The translations under genes were made by a program, and so were the position numbers. A stretch of 64,000 bases of DNA from Klebsiella phage KP13-26: the sequence record OP617743.1, one strand, 5' to 3'. The notes below the pieces were generated by a model. That model was not told the DNA's origin. It saw nothing but the letters and a program-made list of their open reading frames with translations, and ran no database searches. Below are positions 25,865-35,594 of this stretch, piece by piece. The number at the start of each line of letters is the position of its first letter. Positions within the stretch are counted from its first letter, which is position 1.

Positions 25865-27838
25865 TTGCTAGAAATTAATACCTCTAAAATTAAAAACACT
25901 GTTACCTTCACGGTGGATAAACAAAGCTTGAAAGAAGCTAAAGACTCTATTCAGAGTGTTAAGACTTTCGCAGAAGGTATTAAACCATCCTTAGACATGA
26001 CAAGGATGAGAAAGCAGATGCAGGAGATGGAACGTTACGCGAAACGTGTTCGGGACTTAATGCGCGGTCAGGGAGGAGGTAATCCTCCTCCACATCCCCC
26101 AGGTGGAAATCCACCACCACCACCTCCTGGCCCTCCAGGTAGACCACCTAAACCACCCAAGGTTGACCCAGCACAACGCAGAGCAGACATTGCAGCAATG
26201 AAGATGGAGAACTTCTCCTTCCGAGCTGCGGCCCTACCTAAAGCTGACATTGCCACATTAACACAAGCAAACAGGATTATTGCACAAACACTTGACTTAT
26301 ACCGCCAAGAGAAGATAACCCTAGCGCGTGTAAACCAAACAATGGCGCATCAGTTAGATAACATTCGTCGATCACATCGAGCAGCAAACGCTCGTATTGA
26401 GGATGAAGTTAGAGGTCGTCGCCGCATTAAACGTGAAGAAGAGGCTATTGCTAAAGCTAGAATTCGTGCTCGTGAACGTGAGCGCAAATTACGTGAACGG
26501 GAAGAGAAACGTATTCGTGATCAAAGAGCGCGTGACCGCGCTCGCCGCTATGAGCGTGTGAAGGAAAGTGTTCTGGGGTTAAACCCATCAATGTTAGCTG
26601 GATCATTGGTAGGTGGTGCATTAGTAGCTGGTCTTGCTCAAATTCGTAATATTATGAGTGAAAGCGCACAACGTACCAACATGGTCAGTCGAGGTGCTCA
26701 GAACGTACAAACAAACCCTAATGCCGTACTTGCTATGGAATCATGGGGGCGTGTGAACGGTGTTGACTCAGCTAACATCATCAAAGCAATCGACAACATC
26801 AAGGACGTTCGTGAACGTTTAGGTAACTCTGCAATGATGAGCGAGTTTGATGAAAAATCTGGCAAATGGAAAGGCGGAGATAGTGGTATTAATGACATTA
26901 TGAACCAGTTTGGCTGGACTAAAGATCAGATTGCCCAATTCCAAAACAGACCTCTTGACTTTATCCAAGCAACTGTGAACGAAGGTCAGCGCCGTGGTAT
27001 GAACTCAGCGCAGATTGGTCGTCTGATGGAGAACCTCGGTGATGACTTAATGCACTACCAACGTATGTTCTTAGATAATGGTAAAGAATACATGGATATG
27101 GTTCGCCAGTTAACCCAAACTGGTGGTGCTCTAAATGAAGAGCAAATGGTGGCAGCTCAAAATTATGTTATTCTATCTGAAAAACTGAACCAGTTCGGTA
27201 ATGGATTTAATGCTAATCTAGTTGTTGGTTTCATGGATGCAATGAAGGGGTCGCCAGAGTTCGCTCAGAACGTTCCGATTTTCATGGATGCAGCAAAAAG
27301 TATTGGTAAGTCCGCAGGGGAGATTGCTATAGCCTTGGCTAATTTGGTTAGCTGGATTCCAAATATTAATCCTGAGAACAAACATGAGCAGATTGCCGGA
27401 GATACCTTCTTGGGCATGTCCTACTATCGGGATAGCTGGTTAGGTCAGTGGTTAATCCCACACCTGGAAGGATTCACTGATAGCGTAGCAAGTCTGAACA
27501 GTATCCCTGGTATACAGAACGCTAACCTAATGGCGGGTACAGCAGCACTTGGCCCGAACCAAGTTGGTATCGGCAATAGCTATAATGGACTTGATCCGTA
27601 TAGTTTTGCGGCTAATCGTGGTGGCCCACTTGGAAGCAATCTGTACTATCCTACTGCTTCTGCTGTTAATCTACAGGCAACCCTGAAAGTTCCTGAGAAT
27701 TCGTTCACAATTAACGTTGTGCCGGATGGCTATGGATTTAGTAATTTCTTACGTAGCGAAATGGATGCATCATTTAGTGGTTACACAAGAGATCTGACTT
27801 TACAGATAAATAGTGGACAATCTTCTACCGGAGGCTAA
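25865..27838 (+). CDS. tail tape-measure protein
   Basis: 657 aa with a TTG start. Pro-rich tract GGGNPPPHPPGGNPPPPPPGPPGRPPKPP. R/E-rich coiled coil. Gly-rich C-terminus. Confidence 0.65.
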   Translation: MLEINTSKIKNTVTFTVDKQSLKEAKDSIQSVKTFAEGIKPSLDMTRMRKQMQEMERYAKRVRDLMRGQGGGNPPPHPPGGNPPPPPPGPPGRPPKPPKVDPAQRRADIAAMKMENFSFRAAALPKADIATLTQANRIIAQTLDLYRQEKITLARVNQTMAHQLDNIRRSHRAANARIEDEVRGRRRIKREEEAIAKARIRARERERKLREREEKRIRDQRARDRARRYERVKESVLGLNPSMLAGSLVGGALVAGLAQIRNIMSESAQRTNMVSRGAQNVQTNPNAVLAMESWGRVNGVDSANIIKAIDNIKDVRERLGNSAMMSEFDEKSGKWKGGDSGINDIMNQFGWTKDQIAQFQNRPLDFIQATVNEGQRRGMNSAQIGRLMENLGDDLMHYQRMFLDNGKEYMDMVRQLTQTGGALNEEQMVAAQNYVILSEKLNQFGNGFNANLVVGFMDAMKGSPEFAQNVPIFMDAAKSIGKSAGEIAIALANLVSWIPNINPENKHEQIAGDTFLGMSYYRDSWLGQWLIPHLEGFTDSVASLNSIPGIQNANLMAGTAALGPNQVGIGNSYNGLDPYSFAANRGGPLGSNLYYPTASAVNLQATLKVPENSFTINVVPDGYGFSNFLRSEMDASFSGYTRDLTLQINSGQSSTGG

Positions 27839-27844
27839 AACGTT

Positions 27845-27899
27845 GTACATCAGTATTGACAATATATCGATAAACATGTTATCATAACTGATGTACAAT
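27845..27899 (+). promoter_or_regulatory. promoter TTGACA-N17-TTATCA flanked by an 11-bp perfect inverted repeat
   Basis: tgtacatcagt (27845-27855) ... ttgaca 27856-27861 ... actgatgtaca (27889-27899). Confidence 0.4.
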
Positions 27900-28571
27900 A
27901 GTATTATTATGGCAAATACAGTAAATAACACATCTAATACAAATGCAAAAACTACAGACAAAGGTCAGAATGGTTTTTGTATTTTAGCTAGCGTATATAA
28001 TAATGCAAGTAATTCTTATATTCAAGATTATCAAGCTATTGTCTTCGACGCTGTACCTAGCATTGGTATTAAACGCCAAGCAGACGTGACAGCATATCCT
28101 GTGGAGAGTGGTGCGAATGTATCAGACCACGTTCAGATAAAAAATAATACTTTTTCTTTATCTGGGATGATCACTGAAACGCCAATACGATTAATGCGAG
28201 ATATGCTCTACAGTGCAGGCGTTAACGGTACACGTATAAGTCAAGCTATTACATACCTAGATCAAATCTTTGAGGCAAGACAGCCTATTATCCTAATAAC
28301 AGAACATAAGATTTTTGAGAATGTTATTCTTAAAGGTATATCTTATGATTATCAGTCTGAATATTCTATGCAGTTTGATTTAGAATTTGAACAAATTCGC
28401 CTAGTAAGTTACGCCGAAACTAATGTTATTGCAACTAAAACAAAAGGCAATAAGAACGTTGGTGGAACAGTTAAACAGAAAGGCCCAGGCCCATCTGGGA
28501 ATCTAACTGAACGTACCGGGGAGGCAACCGGAACATCGAATAGAAATAATGGTACTGCCTCAAATCAGTAA
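27891..28571 (+). CDS. tail/baseplate protein (hypothetical)
   Basis: ORF after the tape-measure gene. Confidence 0.3.
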   Translation: MYNSIIMANTVNNTSNTNAKTTDKGQNGFCILASVYNNASNSYIQDYQAIVFDAVPSIGIKRQADVTAYPVESGANVSDHVQIKNNTFSLSGMITETPIRLMRDMLYSAGVNGTRISQAITYLDQIFEARQPIILITEHKIFENVILKGISYDYQSEYSMQFDLEFEQIRLVSYAETNVIATKTKGNKNVGGTVKQKGPGPSGNLTERTGEATGTSNRNNGTASNQ

Positions 28572-28580
28572 GGAGTTATA

Positions 28581-29000
28581 GTGACAGTTTCTACATTTTC
28601 AGAAGCCAGTAGAGCTACAACTAATACTGGTTACAATGCTGTATTTATAGAAGACAGATCTGTTTATTTTTCTTGGTTATTAAAAACAGATGAATATCCA
28701 GACCAAACCTATACTGTAACATTGGATGGCGTAGACTATGACATACGTTTGCGTTGGAACACTCGTGATGAATCATGGCAAATGTTATTAGGGTTATCGG
28801 GTGATGAACCTAGTATTACTTTCAAAGTAACAAATGGCTTAGACCTACTTCTCCCATACAAATATATGGAAGCTGTTCCTGACGGGGAGTTGTACTTGGT
28901 AGATACTGTTAAAATAAACGGTAGACCTAACTATGATGATACAGGTATAGATAAACGTTTTGTTCTTGTGTATATAGATTCATTACCTAACCAAGCTTAA
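28581..29000 (+). CDS. hypothetical tail protein
   Basis: ORF with RBS aaggagttatagtgaca. Confidence 0.3.
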   Translation: MTVSTFSEASRATTNTGYNAVFIEDRSVYFSWLLKTDEYPDQTYTVTLDGVDYDIRLRWNTRDESWQMLLGLSGDEPSITFKVTNGLDLLLPYKYMEAVPDGELYLVDTVKINGRPNYDDTGIDKRFVLVYIDSLPNQA

Positions 29001-29014
29001 AATATGGAGGTTAC

Positions 29015-30016
29015 GTGGCAGATTATGTAAAAGCCCCAGCCCCTAATTTAAACAGGGCATATAAATTATTAATTGGTGCTGCAACTAACGTAGAAAGGAA
29101 GAAGACTAAGAATTCTTCTTTTAGTTCTACTGTTGATTTAGATACGAAAATGGCTAGCACTACCAAGTCGTCATCTAACCTCTATTTATTAACAGAATAT
29201 CAAATATCTTTTAATATTCGTAAAGATAATAATAAAGATCCTAACCAAGCTGAAATAACAATCTATAACTTAACTGACGATACTGTTAATTACATCAACA
29301 GAAGTATTAGAAACAACTTGGCTGTAGCCTTATCTGTTGGATATGAAGGTCAAGAGTTAACTATGATCTTTAAAGGAACAGTACAATGGGTTAGTGATTC
29401 TTTCAATAATACAGACCGAAGAACGGTTCTGCATTGTTTAGATGGCGGGATAAATATAGCGGAAGCCAGAACTAGCCGCAGTTATCCAAAAGGAACTAAA
29501 GTTAAAAAAGTTGTAGGAGATCTTGTAAAAGATTTAGGTACAACTGAAGGTAATATTCACATAGATACTGAAGAAACATTGTCATCTTCAACAGTTATGT
29601 GCGGTAACACCTCACATTATTTAGAGAGTATTTGCCGAGGAATAGATCATAACATATCTATTCAAGATGGATCAGTTTATGTTACACCTCGATCTCAAAT
29701 GTCAAGTGCTCGTTGCGCTTACATCTCTCCTGAAACAGGTTTAGTCGGAAGCCCTGAGCCTTTCCATAATGATATTAAACCAACTAAAAAAGTTACAAAG
29801 TCTAGTAAAAAATCAAAAAAACCTACTGACGGTGTAAAATTTAAATGTGAGATGAATGGTGCAATCCTCCCTGAAAAAACTATATGGTTAAAAAGCCACG
29901 ATTATGATGGAGCTTTTAAGGTTGTCTCTGTCGTACATTCTGGAGATAAAGAAGGGAAAGACTGGACAACAGAAGTGGAATCCGTTTCAGTATCTTCAAT
30001 AATTAAGAAAGGTTAA
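29015..30016 (+). CDS. baseplate hub-like protein (putative)
   Basis: 333-aa ORF in the baseplate cluster. Confidence 0.3.
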   Translation: MADYVKAPAPNLNRAYKLLIGAATNVERKKTKNSSFSSTVDLDTKMASTTKSSSNLYLLTEYQISFNIRKDNNKDPNQAEITIYNLTDDTVNYINRSIRNNLAVALSVGYEGQELTMIFKGTVQWVSDSFNNTDRRTVLHCLDGGINIAEARTSRSYPKGTKVKKVVGDLVKDLGTTEGNIHIDTEETLSSSTVMCGNTSHYLESICRGIDHNISIQDGSVYVTPRSQMSSARCAYISPETGLVGSPEPFHNDIKPTKKVTKSSKKSKKPTDGVKFKCEMNGAILPEKTIWLKSHDYDGAFKVVSVVHSGDKEGKDWTTEVESVSVSSIIKKG

Positions 30017-30017
30017 T

Positions 30018-30716
30018 ATGGATTCTTTAAATATTGTAACTTCTATGCGAGGATTGATAAATGAACAAATCGCAGAAGTTCATACAGCACTACCTGTAAG
30101 AGTAACAGCGGTAGATTATGGAGCTAAGACAGTAACTTTAGAATCTTTGGTAACTAATAAGCGTAGTACTGAAGATGAAATAGAATATCCAACATTCCAT
30201 GATGTACCGTTTGCAATTAATGGTGGAGGTACTGCCCGTATATCATTTCCTTTAAAAGCTGGAGATATTGGAACAGTAATCTTCTCGGAAAGAGACCCAT
30301 CTAATGCACTGCAAACAACAGGGGAAACTACCAGCACTTCTACACTTATTCAACCATGTGGATTATACCCTGTTTGTTTTATTCCAAAAATAGCCACAGC
30401 CGCTGATACTACAGATGCAGTAGATTCTGACAAGATAGTAATTTCTAATAATAAGAACACTTATGCTGAATTTGATTCTACAGATACAATCTCAATATAT
30501 AATAGCGCTGGACTTAAGATAGAGATTAATGGTTCTGAGATTACTTTGGCAGACGGGGCGGGAAGTTTAACTCTCTCTAATGGAACTTTCAATATTAATG
30601 GCTTAAAAATAGCTCCAGATGGAACCCTAACGCTTGCAGATGGTAGTGTCGTAGATAGACATACCCACGGTGGTGTTGAGTCTGGTGGTAGTTCTACAGC
30701 TCCTCTAGGAGGATAA
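30018..30716 (+). CDS. baseplate spike-like protein (putative)
   Basis: 232 aa with a Gly-rich C-terminus, after the hub gene. Confidence 0.3.
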   Translation: MDSLNIVTSMRGLINEQIAEVHTALPVRVTAVDYGAKTVTLESLVTNKRSTEDEIEYPTFHDVPFAINGGGTARISFPLKAGDIGTVIFSERDPSNALQTTGETTSTSTLIQPCGLYPVCFIPKIATAADTTDAVDSDKIVISNNKNTYAEFDSTDTISIYNSAGLKIEINGSEITLADGAGSLTLSNGTFNINGLKIAPDGTLTLADGSVVDRHTHGGVESGGSSTAPLGG

Positions 30717-30717
30717 T

Positions 30718-31338
30718 ATGGGTGTACCTTTTGACCTTAAGCTGGATAGTACAAATGATTTGATTATTGTAGAGGGTGATCTCACCCTCACAACTACCCG
30801 TACTGAAATGGCAGCACAAACTTTAGGAATTACTCTTAAAACCTTTAAAGGGGAGTGGTTCTTAAACACCAATTTTGGTACACCTTATCTTCAAGAGATT
30901 ATAGGTGTAGCTAGGAAAAAAGAAACAGTAGATAGAATATTTTTATCTCAAATTGCTAATAACAGATTTGTAGATAATATTAATAATTATACCTCTAGTT
31001 TTGATAGAGATGAACGTTACTACACTATGGTAGTTAACGTTGCAGTTGGTGAAGACAATGTTACAACTGTTTTCTCTACACAACCTTCTGAAGAATACAT
31101 CTATCCTGAAGTTAGTGACGATGATGCACGAATTACATGTTCATACTTTGGTACTATACCAGATGCAAACAGATTATATAAGTTTATAAATATTGACGGG
31201 TTGCCTGATCAGACCTACTCCACTTGGTGGAATGAATGGGGGAACTTCATATCCCTAGAGCAATATTCATTAGTTGCACAACTAGGGGAAGAGATAGCTA
31301 CTCAGCTTAACACAACATTAAGTGCTAATACAGATTAG
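30718..31338 (+). CDS. baseplate protein (hypothetical)
   Basis: Translationally coupled ORF. Confidence 0.3.
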   Translation: MGVPFDLKLDSTNDLIIVEGDLTLTTTRTEMAAQTLGITLKTFKGEWFLNTNFGTPYLQEIIGVARKKETVDRIFLSQIANNRFVDNINNYTSSFDRDERYYTMVVNVAVGEDNVTTVFSTQPSEEYIYPEVSDDDARITCSYFGTIPDANRLYKFINIDGLPDQTYSTWWNEWGNFISLEQYSLVAQLGEEIATQLNTTLSANTD

Positions 31339-31602
31339 GTGGATAAGTTGAAAAATTTTATAAAAGGATTACTAGGAAATATTCATACAGGAAGAGTTAG
31401 TTCTACAAAGTTCTGGAATGCAGTAGGATTTTTAACAATGACTGCTATGTTTATTTACTTAGGTATTGAAAAAGAAATTCCCGAGTGGATGGGTTGGGTG
31501 TATGTTTTCATGGTTACGCCTTCTCGATTAATGAATAGTTTGATAGATTTACGTTGGGGCAGAACACCACCCCCTAAAAAAGAAGAGGAAAAGAATGAGT
31601 GA
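31339..31602 (+). CDS. small membrane protein
   Basis: Hydrophobic segment AVGFLTMTAMFIYLGI. Confidence 0.3.
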   Translation: MDKLKNFIKGLLGNIHTGRVSSTKFWNAVGFLTMTAMFIYLGIEKEIPEWMGWVYVFMVTPSRLMNSLIDLRWGRTPPPKKEEEKNE

Positions 31603-33079
31603 TTACGGTTTAACAGACGCAGGGTTTGTAATCCCTACTTACGATGATGTGTTGGATAACTATCTAACAGCTTTAAAAAATACATTTGGTGCGGATACAG
31701 CCACGTCTGAAGATACCGTATTCGGACAATTATTCCGTATTATTGCATATACAGATTATACTCTTTGGGAAGGAATGCAAGGAGTATATAACACCCAAAC
31801 ACTAAACGGGGCAGAGGGTGTCTATCTAGATGAAATCTTTTCTAAACGTGGCTTCTATAGAAAAGGAGCCACGACAGGAAGTGGCTATGCTTATATTAAA
31901 ACAGATAAAAGAGCAGCTTGGGATTATTTGGTAGATACCTCTGTTTCTTTTGCAGCAACTAACAGCTTAGATTATACAGTTAGTACAGACACTGAATTAA
32001 AAAGTATGATTGCCGCTTTTAGTGTTTCTAAAGCACAGGCTACTAATGTAGCAAACAGCATTACTTTTTATGCACAAAAAACTTCAGCAGATGATTTAAA
32101 TTCTATAACATTAACAACAAGCTCGTCTACATTTCTAACAGATCTTAGAGATTTTATCATTGCTAATGTGCAGGATGCAGATCAAGCTTTGGTTTCTGTT
32201 GCAAGTAATACTGTTTATGTTGGGTTTAAAACTTCAGATTATACTAATCCAGTCGGACTTTCTACAAGTATTAAATTTTACGCTTCTCAGAACGTAGGTT
32301 TCAAATGGAGTTTAATCCCTGTTGTTGCTGATCAAGCTGGATATAATCCACTTGGAGTACAAGGTATTAGTTCTATCTCTTCGACCTTCAACGGTTATGT
32401 GGAAGCTGGTAACTTCACTGAATTTTCATCTGGAACAGATATCGAAACAGATGCAGAGTACAGATCACGTTTTAACGACAATTTAGATGAAGCAAGTGCA
32501 GCTACACGCCCAGCTATTATAAGAGCTTTATTAAATTTAAATGGTGTATCTAAAGTTAAGATTTATGACAATCCTACACTTATAGATGAAGGGTATGCTC
32601 CAGCATGTAGTTTCCAAACAATTGTGTATGGTGGGCAAGACGCAGAAATTGCACAAGCATTATATGAGTCTAAACCAATTAACACGTTGACTTATGGTAG
32701 CACAGCGGTTACAGTCACAACGGAAGATAATGGCTTAGAGGTTATTAAGTTCAGCAGAGGTGCTACGGTAACTTATAATGTACGTATTGTCTATACGTCT
32801 GCGAATGGTAGACAACTAAGCATTACCGAACAAAGCAATATTATCACAGCTCTTAAAAATCTACAAGCGTACTTTGAAATAGGTTCTTTAGTTACAAATG
32901 ATCAAATAAAAGGGGTTATTTATTCTGCCTTAGATTTCGGGCGCTTGACTTCTCTACGTGTTTATGTTAAACTAAGTAGTGAACCTGACTCATCTTTTGC
33001 AGAAACAGATTTAACTCCAGATTATAATGAGCTACCTGCAATTGACACCGATAATATAGCATATGTTGTAGGAGATTAA
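31595..33079 (+). CDS. baseplate J-like protein (putative)
   Basis: 494 aa. Position and size are typical of gpJ/gp6-like wedge proteins. Confidence 0.35.
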   Translation: MSDYGLTDAGFVIPTYDDVLDNYLTALKNTFGADTATSEDTVFGQLFRIIAYTDYTLWEGMQGVYNTQTLNGAEGVYLDEIFSKRGFYRKGATTGSGYAYIKTDKRAAWDYLVDTSVSFAATNSLDYTVSTDTELKSMIAAFSVSKAQATNVANSITFYAQKTSADDLNSITLTTSSSTFLTDLRDFIIANVQDADQALVSVASNTVYVGFKTSDYTNPVGLSTSIKFYASQNVGFKWSLIPVVADQAGYNPLGVQGISSISSTFNGYVEAGNFTEFSSGTDIETDAEYRSRFNDNLDEASAATRPAIIRALLNLNGVSKVKIYDNPTLIDEGYAPACSFQTIVYGGQDAEIAQALYESKPINTLTYGSTAVTVTTEDNGLEVIKFSRGATVTYNVRIVYTSANGRQLSITEQSNIITALKNLQAYFEIGSLVTNDQIKGVIYSALDFGRLTSLRVYVKLSSEPDSSFAETDLTPDYNELPAIDTDNIAYVVGD

Positions 33080-33082
33080 CAT

Positions 33083-33709
33083 ATGGCAGTTAGTGTTGAC
33101 CATGTAACAGAGTGGGACACTATTAATGAGGATGTACGAAGTCTTCTTATAGAGGACTTCAAATCTTCTGTAAATATTGTAAAACTCTTGTATATTATTA
33201 CAAATGAAAAGAAAAAGATAGACCAGGCTACGATTTATCTTGCAAAAAATAGATTGATATCCACTGCAACAGGAGCTTACTTAGATGAAATAGGTGAGGA
33301 ACTCGGTGTGGAAAGGAATGGGTCAACCGACGAAGAATATAGAGTTATTTTAAAAATAAGATCTTATAGAGTAGCTTCTGCGGGAACTAGACCAGATATT
33401 ATCGATATTTTTTCAAGATTTACTGGGTCTCAAGAAATAGATATAAACACATACGTTGGCCTAAAAAAATCTGTGGATGTATTCTTTTATAACTATTGTT
33501 TAGACTCTGACAATGCTATAGAAGAACTTACAAACATTTTCCCAATCCTATCCAGTTATCGTTTAGGTGGCAAAACAGGAATTTCTTTTGGTTTTAATTC
33601 TACGGTAAAGACAGATACTCCACATGGGCTGGGAGGCTTTGGTTCACTGTATGTTAACTCTAACGGAACAGAGGGAAGAATGCCAACTATGTTAGTTCAA
33701 ATACCTTAA
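33083..33709 (+). CDS. baseplate protein (gpI-like, putative)
   Basis: 208-aa ORF following the J-like gene. Confidence 0.3.
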   Translation: MAVSVDHVTEWDTINEDVRSLLIEDFKSSVNIVKLLYIITNEKKKIDQATIYLAKNRLISTATGAYLDEIGEELGVERNGSTDEEYRVILKIRSYRVASAGTRPDIIDIFSRFTGSQEIDINTYVGLKKSVDVFFYNYCLDSDNAIEELTNIFPILSSYRLGGKTGISFGFNSTVKTDTPHGLGGFGSLYVNSNGTEGRMPTMLVQIP

Positions 33710-33718
33710 GGAGTATAC

Positions 33719-34756
33719 GTGGCTAAACCAGAATTTTATCCAGATTGGGCTACAACAGATACAACATTGCCCTCTACGGGAAACACAAATAAAGTACGAC
33801 CTAAGCAAGTTCTCCGAGAAGTTGGGGTAGATTATGGTCAGCTATTAACGGCAGAAGAAACCAATTGGCTTTTTAATAATACGGGACAATGGGTAAGATA
33901 TTTAGCTGATGAATATCTTGATACTATTCCTCTAACTTATCTTCCAAAAAATGGAACACAGTTATCCTTTACTGGAGATATAACAGGAACAGCTACTTGG
34001 ACAGGAAATAACACTACTTCTGTTGTATTACAATCTGCAACTCTAAATGCTGCAACATCTAATCCTACAGTGAATACCTTAGTTAAAAGGGATAATGGGG
34101 GTGGGTTTGGAGCACTACAGAATTTCTATGGTTATGCTCCAGCAGGTCAAAATTTTGACTATAGAATTTATGACCAAGCAGCAAGTAATGTTCAAAAAGC
34201 ATCTTTTGCTTGGGATAGATCCGCAGATGTTGTTACTTTATATAGAGGAACTCCTACCTCAAAAATAGCAGAAGTTAACCTATATGCTGGAAGAGTAGAA
34301 CTAACTTCACCACGCTCAAAAAGTACACAGGGTACAGATAATGCAGATCTTACACGAAAGGATTATGTAGATAGCCAAATTAGCAGTAACATTAGCACAT
34401 TAAATAGCACACTAAGATCTTATATTGACTCTAAAAGTACTGCATCATTTGCAACTAATGGCTATTGGAAAGATGTAAACACTGGGACTATTATCCAATG
34501 GGGTTCTATCACTCTCCCAACAATATCTGCACCACAGACCAGTGGAAATGTGACTTTTCCAATTACTTTTCCTAATGCAGTCTATTCTATTACAGCTAAT
34601 CCAAAAGTGAATACAATGAATACATCTACAGGGAATATCTCTGTTTTAGCTTGTGCAAATGGTACAACTTCTGGTTTTACTTTGTGGGCAGATAGTAACC
34701 AAGGCCAAGATTTTAGTATTGAACAACCATGTTATTGGATTGCGATAGGGAGATAA
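33719..34756 (+). CDS. tail fibre protein (putative)
   Basis: 345 aa, Thr/Asn/Gly-rich repetitive beta-type sequence, after the baseplate genes. Confidence 0.4.
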   Translation: MAKPEFYPDWATTDTTLPSTGNTNKVRPKQVLREVGVDYGQLLTAEETNWLFNNTGQWVRYLADEYLDTIPLTYLPKNGTQLSFTGDITGTATWTGNNTTSVVLQSATLNAATSNPTVNTLVKRDNGGGFGALQNFYGYAPAGQNFDYRIYDQAASNVQKASFAWDRSADVVTLYRGTPTSKIAEVNLYAGRVELTSPRSKSTQGTDNADLTRKDYVDSQISSNISTLNSTLRSYIDSKSTASFATNGYWKDVNTGTIIQWGSITLPTISAPQTSGNVTFPITFPNAVYSITANPKVNTMNTSTGNISVLACANGTTSGFTLWADSNQGQDFSIEQPCYWIAIGR

Positions 34757-34757
34757 T

Positions 34758-35231
34758 ATGTTATTTAGTGAAAAAACACAAGCTTTTTATGATGAGAGTT
34801 TAACATATTCTTCACTACCGGAGGATGCGATTACTATAACTATTGAACAATGGTTAAGTAGTTTGGACAAAATAAACTCTGGGTTTTATCTTTACATAGA
34901 AGAAGATGCCTTATTGTCTTCAGATAGTCAACGACCTAATGCATTCTATACCTTTGACACAGAAACTAAAACTTGGATTCAAAATAGTGATCAAATAGCT
35001 GCGGAGGAGAAAGAAAAAAGTTCTATTCGTTTACTAAAAGCTCAGAAACAGTATGAAACTATTTCTAACCAACTGGCAGAGTATCAGTATGTACTAGAAG
35101 ATAAAGATTTCAGTACATATACAGAAGAAGAAGTTTTAGATCTTAAGAATAAAGCAACAGATTATAGAGTTGCATTACGTGCATACTTAAAAACTGACGG
35201 GGCTGGAGATCTTCCTGTTCTAGAAAAATAA
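34758..35231 (+). CDS. hypothetical protein (possible fibre assembly factor)
   Basis: Acidic 157-aa ORF. Confidence 0.3.
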   Translation: MLFSEKTQAFYDESLTYSSLPEDAITITIEQWLSSLDKINSGFYLYIEEDALLSSDSQRPNAFYTFDTETKTWIQNSDQIAAEEKEKSSIRLLKAQKQYETISNQLAEYQYVLEDKDFSTYTEEEVLDLKNKATDYRVALRAYLKTDGAGDLPVLEK

Positions 35232-35249
35232 AATAGTTAAGGATTATTT

Positions 35250-35594
35250 ATGGAATTAGCAGATCTTTGGAGTGTGGCAAAGGATGCCATAATCCCTTTA
35301 ATAGGTATTATTGGAATGTTTTTTAAACAGAAAATGGATGGTATGGAAAAAGAAGTTACAGATCTAGGTACACAATATCGTGACTTAGAAAAGAAACTTG
35401 TCTTTGTTGAATCTACTTATGCGACAAAAGCTGAGATGGCTCAGATGTTAAACCAAATTAATACAACATTACTTGCCAATAATAATGCCTTAGAACAAAA
35501 AATTGAAAAAATTATGGATCTAAAAAATGCTACTATTCAAGTAATGCTAGAAGATCTGTACAAGAAAACACAAATAACTAAAAAGGATGACTAA
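35250..35594 (+). CDS. membrane/coiled-coil protein
   Basis: TM segment IIPLIGIIGMFF then a coiled coil. Confidence 0.3.
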   Translation: MELADLWSVAKDAIIPLIGIIGMFFKQKMDGMEKEVTDLGTQYRDLEKKLVFVESTYATKAEMAQMLNQINTTLLANNNALEQKIEKIMDLKNATIQVMLEDLYKKTQITKKDD

